Shown one piece after another: positions 52,999 to 64,000 of a stretch of DNA of 64,000 nt. The DNA is from Diplonema japonicum (lineage: Eukaryota; Protista; Euglenozoa: Diplonemea), in the NCBI GenBank assembly GCA_964019335.1, contig OZ025681.1:1-64000 (forward strand), given 5' to 3'. The notes beneath the pieces are model-generated. The model made no database searches. It was not told the DNA's origin and saw nothing but the letters and a program-made list of their open reading frames with translations. The translations under genes were made by a program, and so were the position numbers. The number at the start of each line of letters is the position of its first letter. Position 1 is the first letter of the stretch.

Positions 52999-54795
52999 CG
53001 AACAATAAGACAGCCTGAAGAAGTTGATAAGGAAAGCAACTTGGTGGTGTCACGCTGACAAAAGAAAAAATGAAAAAAAAGGGAAAAGAGCAATAATAAA
53101 AGAGTTGGCTAGTTGCTGGTCATGTACGCCTGGGGGTTGACCTGTAGAAGGAGTAGTAGCCCAGCACATGCTCTCTTAGCGACAACATTTCATCGTCAGA
53201 AACAATATTCTGCTCTTCGCCGCAAAAAACGCTCTTTCTTAGAAATAATAAAAGAGAGGAAGAAAGGGGAAGGAAAAAAAAAAAAAGGGAGCTCTGAAAA
53301 AAAAAAAAAAAAAACAACATCATTCTATTCCGCCCTTCGTCATTCACTAGTGGGGGGTATCATATTAAAATAGTAAACATATGAAAACTCAGCATGTCAC
53401 CTCGTAACCCTCCAAATGCTAACCCCCTCGAACTGACCCAGGAAAAGCGACCTTGAGTTCAGAATCGTGACTCATATGACTCGGCAGGGTAAAAAAAATA
53501 GAATCTACTTAATCTAACCAATAAAAGGACGAAGCGCATAGGATACCTAGCCTAGATGGATTTCAGACAAGCGAAGATAAAAGAACCGCTGGTGACCTTT
53601 CTTCTGCCCAAAAAAAAACCTCCCCCGTGAAAAGACGCTGTTCTTCTTGTGCAGAAAAAAAAAAAAGATCACCATCAAACTTTTTCTATTTTCTGAATCT
53701 AAAACCATCCTAAAAATGATTCTTTATAGCTATATGTCCTTTGTTGGTTTTGCATGAGCAAAAAAAATGGCTTTAAAAAAAAAGCAGCGAAAATTCTTTG
53801 CTCGGCATGAGCTGGATGTAGCTATAAAATCTTTTCTTTGTAACAAAAAAAAAAAGAGGAAAAAAAAAAGACATCCCGAGTGACGTCACAGCCGGGTTAA
53901 TCGTTCTGATTGCTAGATATCTATCGCTTCGTCCTTTCATGGTTAATAACGTTTGACTGGTAGTTTTGTACGTGCAAAAGTAAAAACCTGGAGAGGTTTG
54001 TGCACCTAACGTTTTTTGAAGAAAAAAAAAAAAGAAAAAAATTCGATTCAACTTTCAGTGTGAACGGGGAGAACACACTAATCGGCTGTTTACGTCATTC
54101 ATACACCTTCTTCTCCTCGGCAATGCACCTCAATCAAATAAGATCTTCAGTCTAACTGCTGGTAGGTCACTGACACAGACTATGCCTCTTCTGAAGCGCA
54201 AGCTAGCGTAAAATTCACACAAACCTTTCGGCCTGTAGCCTTGTAACTAAATAAAATAAAATAATAATGCCACAAATCTTTAAAACCCGTCGTGCCTAGT
54301 AACAGAAGAAGGATCAGGTTTTAGAGATAGGCGTTAATTAGTAAGGGGGTGGAGCGAAAGAAGAAGAAAAAAAAAAATTACTTTTTAAATACGGTTGTTC
54401 CGAATATTCAATTAACTGGTCATTCCTTGTGGCCAGCTAATCGAAAACACGAAATAACCGCAAGAGAGAGAAGGACCGTCTGGCTAAAAGTGGTAAATGG
54501 GACTGAGATTCGAATAATTTTTTTGATTTTCTGTTTTCACTGTCGAAACTCTTCCGCACCTTGATCCCAGATTGACTGCTATGGTGTGTTAGAATCCCTG
54601 CAACAGGTCTTCAAAAAAGGAATGTAAAAAAGAATAAAGAGGTAAAAGGAAATCCCTGATCTGGGACGTCCACACAAAAAATAAAATAAAAAAAGAAAAA
54701 AAGGTTTAATTCCTAGGAAGGCAAGGTTTAATTTTTAGGAAGGCAGTAATAAAGGAAACAAATAAACTATGTGCATGAATGTTAATAAGGTAAGA

Positions 54796-54946
54796 AAATA
54801 ATAGCTATTTACTGCCAACAAGTAATGACCTTACCGTTACCTCGAGGTTCCGCATTTTACCGTCGAGGGCCCGCAGGGCCCGAGATGGTAAAATGCGGAA
54901 CCGGGGTCCGTAAAGCATTACTTGGCGGTAGGTAAGTGGTTTTATT
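54796..54946. repeat. Palindromic (foldback) dispersed element with a perfect 16-bp stem
   Basis: GGTTCCGCATTTTACC (54846-54861) and GGTAAAATGCGGAACC (54887-54902), inside an imperfect outer stem. A related copy lies at 55495-55583. Confidence 0.85.
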
Positions 54947-55239
54947 TCACGACACTCTGAAATTACTTCCACGAGGGGCACAAAGGGGCGACAAGGGGTA
55001 CAACAAGAGAGGGGTAACAAAGGTTACAATACAAGTTGTTTTTCCTCCTTTTGTTGACTAAAAGTGCTGCCGCGTCGCTGGCATTGCCACTGTCACCATC
55101 TCTAATCAGGCCTTCTCATCTCTCTCGCTCCTCACTTTCTGCTGCTTCGATATTTTGAAGTCTTTTGGGGAGCTTGGGTAAGCTGACTAAGTTACCCTTA
55201 GAAGAGTTACCCCCAGAAACTGGGAACAAGGCCTAGCCA

Positions 55240-55705
55240 AAAGTGGGCAAATTGGGAGGAAAAAGTAGTCCAACTTGGAACTGAGCCGAGGCAAAAGTTG
55301 GCCAATTGAGCCTGGGGGGAAATTGGCAAACTGAGGGGAAAAAGTAGCCCCACTGGGAACCGAACCGAGGCAAAAATTGGCCTGCTGAGGCATATTATTT
55401 ACCGGAAACCCCTATTACCTCACGGAAAACAGGCCATTATTTCACCGTGAAGTAATGAGATTTAGCGTGAAGTAATGGTAATTTCAGAAGAGTGAAATAA
55501 TAGCTATTTACTGCCAACAAGTAATAATTTTACCGTGCTCGAGGTCGGCAAAGCATTACTTGGCGGTAGGTAATGGTTTTATTATTTACCGGAAACCCCT
55601 ATTACTTCACGGAAAGCAGGCCATTATTTCACAGTGAAGTAATGAGATTTAGCGTGAAGTAATGGGCCCCCTAGTGCGTGAAGTAATTTCTGAAGAGTGA
55701 AATAA
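55240..55705. repeat. Cluster of direct repeats (about 57-nt pair, and an 85-nt pair at 55393-55477 and 55580-55665)
   Basis: GAAAAAGTAG...CCGAGGCAAAA.TTGGCC occurs twice. TATTATTTACCGGAAACCCCTATTAC...GTGAAGTAATGG occurs twice. Confidence 0.85.
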
Positions 55706-56136
55706 AATAAAGAAGAGGTTTCCATTTGAAACAAATGGTGAAAAGGAGGGAATACTGCGCACTGAAGAGGGGGGGGGTGGGGGAAGAAAACTAGATAGGT
55801 AACCGGGAAATGGAACGTAACCTAAAAACCAAGGATGTGTGCCTTCTAGAACAACACCCCGTCACGTCTGCCTCGTGGTAAGGCGTAGGAAGTATTTAAT
55901 TCTAAAGAACCATTCTTCACCCTTTTTCTTAAATTACTTTTCTTAACCATTAAAGAACGAGCGCTAGATATTAAAATTTGTAAAGGCATTTTAAGTACCA
56001 CACACCTTGTCATTCCGGCAAACTTCTCCTCCGAAATCTTTCGCTTTACAGTTGAAAAAGAAAAAAAAAAAGAAAATCCCAGTGTGAAAAGAATATGCAG
56101 TTCTCGATTTCCTCCCCTCTTCAGTTGTTCTTAAAA

Positions 56137-59100
56137 CTATTCCTCGACCTTGTCTTCTCCCTTCTCCGACTCTGGACGCTCAAGGATGTCCTCACCGCAA
56201 TCTGCCACACAGCAGCAGCTACCTAAGAGCAGGTAGTTCGCCAGCACAGCAAACAGAGCGCCTGTGAAGGTGAGGCGGAGCCCATCTCGCATCTCCGATG
56301 TGAAGGGACCTGTGCACCCACGGATGGCACAGCCTATGTCCGATCTAGCTTGTGCAATGGCGTGGTGAGCAATAAGCTCATTCAACGGGAGTGCCACAAG
56401 AGTACAGAACAGCACAGCAATGATGGCTGTTGGGTGGGGAAGGACGCGCAAGCGTTGCACAACCACTGCCACGGGAGGAAGTAACTGTGCAAAGATGTAC
56501 CACCAGTACTGCTGGTTGCTAACTGAGAAGGCCTCCCCACCGTTTCCATCCTCATAGTACACAGCGTAGCCAATCACCATCAGAAACCATGCAAACGAAT
56601 TCACGCCCATGCTCACCGCCGACAGCACACGGTACGATCGCACGCACACCGTTATGCTCCCCTCCCCACCCTTGTTCTTTGCCTTTTCCACCACCGCCGC
56701 CCACTCCACCAGTAACGCCAGCGTCCCCAACATCGCTGACCCTGTCGTCGTCGCGATCACAGCCTTCATGGCGTCAGCCTTCTCCTCATCCTCTGGGATG
56801 GGAATGTACGTGTCGGAGAAGGGTTCACTGATGTTACCATGTAACCTCTGATACCCATCAAAGCACGAGGAAGTCTCCCTGATGTACACCCTTGAAGGCA
56901 CGCCGTTATAAAGACTCAGCTGCAGTTCACTACATGTCTCACTATCGAAGTTGTTAGAAAGTGGTGTAAATTCTGCCGGGCCAGAGGAAGGCGAGAAATG
57001 TTCTGTGCAATCGTCGCCGATGTAAAGCTGCTTGATGCCGTCCCCCCCGCACTCCACGCCGCCTTTCATCCAGAATACCGCAAATGAGTTGCGTAACCCG
57101 TTCAGTTCCGGCTTCAAAAAACCACACTGCCCCACCGGAGCGGATACCATAACACCACGGTCGCTGCACCCAGTGTTCCTGGAGTAGAGCATCACTTGCA
57201 GGTACTCAGACGCTGCATCATTCATGGATGCAAAAAGGCTGGGGTGCGTGGTACCGCTGATTTCCTCGACGTAGTAGCTCCATCCAGATGGCAGCGGCAT
57301 GCTTGACGAACCGCAGGGCTCGTAAGCTTCGAAGAGAGTTGAGTTACATTTCAGGAGGTACGTGTAGTTACTACCAGTGTTTATGCCATCGAATCTGAGC
57401 TGCAAATCGACGGTACGTTGGGTAAAATGCTCGATATTCTGAATAGCAAGGCGCAGTTCCACATCAGTAGGTGGCGTGGGTTGAGTCCATACGAGCAGGT
57501 CAGCGTCGAAAGTAGTGGTTGCTAACAGCGATGCTTCGGTACACGGTCCCATTGGAAGAAGCAAATGATCCGCGTCACACTCCAAGACAACGCACCGCCC
57601 CGCTGCGAATGCTGATGAGACGGCCCCTACAGAAGAGCATTCCAGGAGGGGGGCGTTGATCTGAACTGAGAAGGTACCCAACTCCAATCCTGCCTTTAAT
57701 CTGTTGTACAAGCCATTGTCCTTGAGATCCGACAGCACAGTGTCCGCCAGTGTTGCCTCTTTGTAGACGAAGTTGACGTCGGTGGTGGCGCTCACGACGA
57801 AGGTGACCCCCGCTGTGCCCCTCCGTGTGCCGCACATCGCGGCGGCCTTCATACCCGCGGTGTCACTAACGCTCAGCTTGTCCGCAATGATGTTCTTCAC
57901 AAGGCCGCTCCACTCCGGGTTGAGACGAACCAAGTCACAAAGGGCAGCGGGAAACTCAAGCTTTACGAGGGTGTGATAGGTGAGGGTGCTGATGAGTGTG
58001 GTGGCTTGGCCCGTCGGGTAGCATATGTGCACAGGAGGTGCGGTGCCATAGTCAGCAGACGGGCAGACACAACGTCCTTGCTCACACGACGAGCCGGAAC
58101 CTATGCAAGTGCCCGCTGAACAGAAGGAAATCGGCTCCACAAGGAATGCACCAGGTACTTGCGGTGCGCCCAAGGTAGACGCAGTGCGGTGGTTGGGGGA
58201 CCCGCCCTCAATGCATGGGATCCGGTCTGCTGAGTGCTCATACGCTTCGGAGAGTGCAGCTGAGTGCTCCATAACGAGGGGAGAGTGCATGACGACCATC
58301 AAGGACATTGCAATGAGCAGCCCGTGGTGGCTCCTCCGGTAACCCACTGCTGCAAGGAACATGACCACACACGGTGTCATGACCTGGAAGAAGTTCATCC
58401 ACTGCACGAGGTTCGCCTCCCGTCGGAACTGGCTGCCCAGATCGCCACCCAGCGTGCTCCTCGTATCGTGGACCACAACAGCAAAGGTAATGAAAGTCAC
58501 GACAGCAAAGATCGCCGACATGAGTGACGCGCAGAAGACTACCTTGTCGACTGTGTCAGGGTGCTCAGCAGCCCACTTTGCGAAAGACACCATGAGGCCC
58601 CCCCTTGGAGTTGTGTTCTTCATCTCACACTCCATCAAATAAGCCGCATGTGCCTCTTCCTTCACATCGCACGTGTCTGGGAAACAGAGTAACAGGACAA
58701 CTGCAATGGCAACAAGAAGCAAGGTAACGATAGATAAGGCCATGACGGCTTCTGCCAGATTGGCGGTGGACTCGGGTGCCTTAAACGACAAATGACTCAT
58801 CAGAGAAGCAGTTCTAATGAGAAACCCGATCACGACAGAGGACAGCGCGACGGGAAAGAACCTATCGGCAGACCAGTAAGCACGCACAGAGTAGGACGTC
58901 TTCATCATGTAGAGACCAAGAATGACAGGAGTGATTGTGTACCACCACGCAATCACGGCCCTCGCCTTCTCTTGGTCTTCCATGCACCACCCGTCCATCC
59001 TGTGCCAAACGCCTCCCCACAATGAGAACAGCAGCAACCCAAGAAATACAAAACAACCACCACCCCACCTAAACACCCTCCAAGGCACCTCTTTTTCCCA

Positions 59101-59214
59101 TGGGCGTGCCGGCGTCACCTGGTTATCATTCACTGCTGCCTCTGGACGCTTGCTTAACTCAGCATCGTTCTTCGCTGCATTGTCGCTGTCATAGCCGTAA
59201 GGCTCTGTCGTCAT
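56137..59214 (-). CDS. Multi-pass membrane protein with a large Cys-containing central loop; function unknown
   Basis: 1025-aa ORF with about 7 N-terminal and 5 C-terminal hydrophobic segments and an EGF-like CSAGTC...CVC. Confidence 0.85.
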   Translation of the reverse strand: MTTEPYGYDSDNAAKNDAELSKRPEAAVNDNQVTPARPWEKEVPWRVFRWGGGCFVFLGLLLFSLWGGVWHRMDGWCMEDQEKARAVIAWWYTITPVILGLYMMKTSYSVRAYWSADRFFPVALSSVVIGFLIRTASLMSHLSFKAPESTANLAEAVMALSIVTLLLVAIAVVLLLCFPDTCDVKEEAHAAYLMECEMKNTTPRGGLMVSFAKWAAEHPDTVDKVVFCASLMSAIFAVVTFITFAVVVHDTRSTLGGDLGSQFRREANLVQWMNFFQVMTPCVVMFLAAVGYRRSHHGLLIAMSLMVVMHSPLVMEHSAALSEAYEHSADRIPCIEGGSPNHRTASTLGAPQVPGAFLVEPISFCSAGTCIGSGSSCEQGRCVCPSADYGTAPPVHICYPTGQATTLISTLTYHTLVKLEFPAALCDLVRLNPEWSGLVKNIIADKLSVSDTAGMKAAAMCGTRRGTAGVTFVVSATTDVNFVYKEATLADTVLSDLKDNGLYNRLKAGLELGTFSVQINAPLLECSSVGAVSSAFAAGRCVVLECDADHLLLPMGPCTEASLLATTTFDADLLVWTQPTPPTDVELRLAIQNIEHFTQRTVDLQLRFDGINTGSNYTYLLKCNSTLFEAYEPCGSSSMPLPSGWSYYVEEISGTTHPSLFASMNDAASEYLQVMLYSRNTGCSDRGVMVSAPVGQCGFLKPELNGLRNSFAVFWMKGGVECGGDGIKQLYIGDDCTEHFSPSSGPAEFTPLSNNFDSETCSELQLSLYNGVPSRVYIRETSSCFDGYQRLHGNISEPFSDTYIPIPEDEEKADAMKAVIATTTGSAMLGTLALLVEWAAVVEKAKNKGGEGSITVCVRSYRVLSAVSMGVNSFAWFLMVIGYAVYYEDGNGGEAFSVSNQQYWWYIFAQLLPPVAVVVQRLRVLPHPTAIIAVLFCTLVALPLNELIAHHAIAQARSDIGCAIRGCTGPFTSEMRDGLRLTFTGALFAVLANYLLLGSCCCVADCGEDILERPESEKGEDKVEE

Positions 59215-60549
59215 TTGATTATTTCTTTCTTTTTTGTTAAAAAAATGAAGGAAAAGAAACCTGCGAACGAAAAAAAAAAAAAAAGGATACTTTTATTTAT
59301 TTGCGCAAGCGTGACCTTTACTAAGTTCGTTAAATATAAAAAAAAGAAAAGACATAGACAAAGATGAAATAACTCAGAAGCAAAGTAGAGGGGGGACGGG
59401 GGAGGGCAGTGAAAAGAAGCTGGGCAGCATCCCATGCAGAATCGAAACGAGAGGGGGGGGGGGGGGGGGGGGAGGCAAATGGATGCTCCCCTCTCATCCG
59501 AATGTTCATCAAAAAAAAATATTAGAGATGCACTGCCACGGCTGTAGAAAAAGGACTAGTTTGTATCAAGGAGGGGAAGAGATATTCACGCAGATGAACG
59601 GCGCACCAGATTCTCGTTTCTCATCAAACTTGTGACATGCAGATGCACGCGCGCTCAAACTGTCTCCCTTAAAGGAAAGAAAAAAAAGTGCAATTCACTT
59701 GTTCATGCCGCAGAAGAAACGGCTGTAGTGATGCTTGTGCACAGCCAAGGATTAGCCGTGTTGAAGATAAGCCCAACATTGCTAGCCTCAATATATCATA
59801 ACGCGGGTTCTGCAGAAGAGACAAAAAAAAAAGGAAAAAAAAGGATGGCCAACAAGACATTGGCAACATTTCATTTTCTTCCCCCCCCCCCCCTGATGTA
59901 CCGAGATGCCATCTCGCAGACATGGCGTGCCTGATCCCCCTGTTGAGAGGTTTGTCTGTGCCTGGGTGACAGTTGCTCCTGCGGCTTGGTAGTGCAATGG
60001 CTGATGACAGCCGGCCACGCTTGCCTTATTCTTATCTCTCTGCCGGGCACCTGTCAACCGGGCACAGACTTCCTTGAAATAACTCGCTTGAGGGGAAGTG
60101 TCGTTACGCACCTAGACCCGGCCAAAGGTCTTGCTGCCCCTTTAAAAAAAGGATTCTTTTTATCCCACATTTTACAAACGGATCTTTCGTGGCACGTAGT
60201 TAGCTCTTTCTTCATAATTTCTTTTTCTTATGCATTTTCTGTTTCTTTTTCTTTTCGTTCTTTTCTTTTCTCTCTTTTTTTTTTTGATGGTCTTTTTCTT
60301 TTTTCGCCTTTTAAAAATTAACACAAAAAACAAAAACAAAAAAAAAAAATAGATCGTTTTTCGGAAATATATTCGCCCGGAATTCTCGCCGATTTGGTTT
60401 TGAAATATTTTCTTTGCGCAACTCGAGACCTATGTTGAAGTTGCCCATGTCTGGGTGTGGTCTTCTTATTGGCAGAAAACGTCTTTACCCGAACTAAAAT
60501 AAATCTTCGGGCGAATCTGTTTCCGAAATACAGTAATTATAATATAACT

Positions 60550-60617
60550 TTCTTCTTCTTTTTCTTTTTCTTTTTCTTTTTCTTTTTCTTTTTCTTTTTC
60601 TTTTTCTTTTTCTTTTT
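60550..60617 (+). repeat. (TTTTTC)n microsatellite
   Basis: Directly visible. Confidence 0.9.
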
Positions 60618-62245
60618 AGCTGAGCAAAAATACCTTTTCTTCTCCCCTGGGTTTTCTTTTCTTTTTTGTTCTTTTTAAAACCAGTGAAATAATAATAGCA
60701 AAAAGAGGTGGCTTTTTATTTTGACAAAGGAACATATAGGTCGAGACCGAGGGTGTTTCTATTAAAGATGACCCTCGGTGGACGTATATCGGTTATAACT
60801 CGCCCAAGCAGTCTGCAGTCAGGACCGAAAGCCCCTCCTGCCACACTACTCTTTCCGTCAATTCCTGTAAAAAAAAAAATACAAGTCATTGGAGGAAAAA
60901 AAAAAGAGAAAAATAATTCTTTATGACTATATGTCTTTTGTTGTTCGAGCAAACAAGGTTTCTAGAAAGCTGCGAAAGTTCTTTTTGCTCGGCACAAGTT
61001 GCATATAGTTATAAAATCATTTTTCTTTGGAAGATAAATATTATTTTGTAACAAAAAAAAAATTAATATATATGAGTTAAAGGAGGCCGGTGTTGGCGGC
61101 GCCCTGCACTGCGGTGTACAGCTCAACCCCAGCCGGTGCGTCCCGGGTAACCAAGATTCTGCGCTCGTGCAGTTTGCTGCCTGTTCGTCACCCTGAGCAT
61201 CTGCATTATGTTCTTCCACTCGGGCGCTACCGGTGATGACCGACGAGGAGGTCAACAGCGAACAACACATCTGATGTTTTTCTTATATTTTCATGTTATC
61301 CCCACCACCTAATTAAAAAAAAAAGAATAACTAAAGGTGACAATATTTATTTTTAAAAAAAAAAAAGAAGAAAATACTCGATCTATTTTTGCGGTGCGCT
61401 GGTTGACTGCCTTCCGAAAAAAAAGAATCTTAATTCTTTTTACGCAATCTTTTTCTTTTTCTTGACAAATACCGTATAATTGACCATATGAGTTCGTCCG
61501 GAAAAAAAAAGAATGTCAACACTTTTCAGCACCTATAAAAGTGGTAAAAAGCATGTTTTTGCACGTTTTAGAAATGAAATAAACGGCGCGCATTGTGCAC
61601 ATACTTAGACGGCAATTCTCAACACAAAGTGGTGTCGGACTACTTTTGTACTTAGAAATCTCTTCCGAGGGCTTTCCGCAGCAAAAAAAGGGTTCATTTG
61701 TTGACATTTCTCTCCGGACAGACTCATATTAAAAAAAAGAAAAATCACGAAAAGAAAAAAGCTGGACGCTCGACGGCCCAAGGGTGATGGGCCTTTGGGC
61801 TTTTTGGTGTATTTTTGCTGACGAGCCCGTCTTAGGGAAATATATACGAACCACAAGTAATAACCAAAAAAAAACAAAAAAAAAAAAAAATGGGAGAGAG
61901 CGATCCTCCAAGGGCCAAGGTTCAAACACAACATTCTTCTTTGTTTCTTGAGGCCAAAGTGGCTGCTGCCGGTCATGCTTCAAAGCATATTGAATGGAAA
62001 GAGAAAATAGGATATAAAATAAATAGGAGGCAGTGGTATACCATGAGTGCTACTGTCGCAAGGAAAAAAAAAAATCCTTTTTATTTCTTTTTTCTTTGTT
62101 CTCATATTCTTTTCTGTTTCTTTTTTTTTTGGTTTAGTTGTTTTCTTTCATGTTCTGTTCTTTTTTTCTTTTTTTTTCCCCAACAACGATCGCCTCACTT
62201 CAAAGCTGCTTTTGAGAAGGTAAAAATAAAAGTGAACGATTCCAC

Positions 62246-62250
62246 TTTCT

Positions 62251-62298
<48 letters not shown>

Positions 62299-62300
62299 TT
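62246..62300 (+). repeat. (TTTC)n microsatellite
   Basis: Directly visible. Confidence 0.9.
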
Positions 62301-62394
62301 CTTTTTTTTCTTTCGTCACTCAAACTGTTTCGACAGGACTAAAGCCCTTCTTATGTTAGCTGCCCACGTGTAAAAAAAAAAAAAAAAAGAGAGA

Positions 62395-63022
62395 GGAAAA
62401 CAACGTACGCGGTAACCAGTTAACTTTTTTCCACTCAAGTCTGTAAGCAGAATTTCCACCACTGTTTACGGTAACCTACAACTTTTTTTCCGCCCAAATG
62501 GTTTTTTGTTTACTTAAGAATTTTCACTCTCCACGGTAACCTATTTTTATTTCCCCCTAAACCGTAAGTAAGTCCACGGTAACCCACAACTTTTTTTCCA
62601 ACGTCCACGGTGGAGGTCTGTGTGCACTTGGGAAAAACGTGCAGGCAGCCAGGGCTCGGAAAGACACCAAGAATTGGAAGCGAAGTGAGAGAGAAGGGAA
62701 AAATAAGTGCAGAACCCTCATTACTCAACTGCTGCGCCACAGCCACAATCACTCCTCGAAGTGCTGTCCCAGTTGACGTCCCAGCCTTCGGGTAGTCACC
62801 CATTTCTCTTAAAATGTCTTTTTTCCTTTTCTTTTGGAAAAAAAGTTAGTGGTTGCATAAGGGAAATTGTTGGTAGTTACAGTAAAAAGTGGAAAAAAGG
62901 TTGTAGGTTACCGTGAACGGTGGGAAAAAAGTTGTGGTTACCGTGGACGGTGGAAAAAAAGTTGGAGGTTGAAGGCGACGGTGGAAAAAAGTTATTTGGT
63001 TACCGTGTACGTTGGTTTTCCC
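62395..63022. mobile_element. MITE-like non-autonomous DNA transposon with TIRs and subterminal repeats
   Basis: Left end GGAAAACAACGTACGCGGTAACCAGTTAACTTTTTTCCAC. Right end reverse-complemented GGAAAACCAACGTACACGGTAACCAAATAACTTTTTTCCAC. ACGGTAACC motifs recur in opposite orientation in the two arms. Confidence 0.82.
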
Positions 63023-64000
63023 AAAAAGAAAACTATTCTGTTAACAGAATTGTCCAATACTTCCTATAGGCGCTCTTGCAATGACCACCACAGCCATCGC
63101 CAACGTGCCAAAAAAAAAAAAAAAAAAAAAAAAAAAAAGCGGGCTTTGATTGCAACACTAAGTGGCGTTAAGTGTGCAACAGCATGAAACTATCTACTTG
63201 ATTTCAGGGGGCACCTCAGCCGAGCTGTAGCTTCTTCTGCGTTCCACGTCGTGTCCTTAATGCGTGCGGTGATACGTTCTCCCACTCGGGCGCCTACCGG
63301 TGATGACCGACGAGGAGGTCAACAGCATACAACCTATGTTATCCCCACCAACCTAAAAAAAGAAAGAAAGAAAAAGTAAGTATTAGAATACTACAAAAGG
63401 AGATACAAGCTCTTGAGATCTCTTTCTTCTCTTTTTTTTTTCTTTTTTTTTTTTTGATCCGACCAACGCTTCAGCCTGCGAACCCTTAATCTCATCCTTT
63501 TGAGCCAAAACAAGGGTATATGTCTCGCAATTGGGTTTGTTTTCGTTTAAAGTTAAAATACTGTTTTCATGTCATTCGTTCTCACGGCCCTAATTCGTAG
63601 TAGTTTAGCTGTCTTCTTGCTGGGGGGGGGGGGGGGGGGGAGGGATATTAGAAAGCACAAAAAAAGATCTTCTACCTGCCCACACCCCTAGTAGTACCAT
63701 ACAAGGTTAGAGGGAGGTTTTCATATCATTGAAACTATTAAAATTAACTGGGGAATTCTATTTAGTCATTGTGAGACGCCCCGTTCTCATCCTGCCTGCA
63801 CTTATCCCCTTTTAAAGAAGCAGTACCTACACTCGATGATGATGGGTAGCAAAAAAAGAAAAAAGAAAAAAAGTTCTTCTTTTAAAGGAACTTCACATTA
63901 GAAACCTACATTCTTTCATTAGATCCTGCAACCATAAGAACAAAGCGGGGGGGGGGGGGGGGGGGGAACATCCCTTTCTTATTATGTGCTTGCGCAAATT

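Noticed and set aside
61233-61275. GTGATGA...CTGA as a C/D snoRNA
   Set aside because: Too short, the D box is missing in the second copy, and it is antisense to the gene array.
59211-64000. Short Phe/Lys-rich ORFs
   Set aside because: Products of poly-T and poly-A tracts with no recognisable domains.

Overview
Eukaryotic DNA, most consistent with a euglenozoan protist (diplonemid-like; inferred from gene organisation and protein families). About 17 host genes and pseudogenes all lie on the minus strand, several only 40-70 nt apart, as expected for polycistronic transcription with trans-splicing. Many carry very small GT-AG introns (31-47 nt). The window opens with about 78 copies of GGGTTTGC joined directly to a GC-rich, 3'-truncated CRE/SLACS-type non-LTR retroelement. 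Repairing short frameshifts by eye gives an element protein of: AlkB-type 2OG-Fe(II) dioxygenase, tandem repeats, basic and hydrophobic segments, zinc finger, OTU protease, zinc finger, CRE pre-RT domain. Its 5' end seems to carry a mini-intron. The RT and endonuclease are not in the window. Host genes include a CLU-like protein, two Ubl-ankyrin proteins, CENP-V/GFA, a polyQ zinc-ribbon protein, a polycystin-1-like protein with a C2 insert, an adenylyl cyclase with C-terminal GAF domains, a 4218-aa IPT/EGF membrane protein, a Nudix hydrolase, a tandem SGNH protein, CK1 and a renalase-like oxidoreductase. There are also MAPK and C-type lectin pseudogenes and MITE-like elements. All calls come from manual motif reading; no searches were run.
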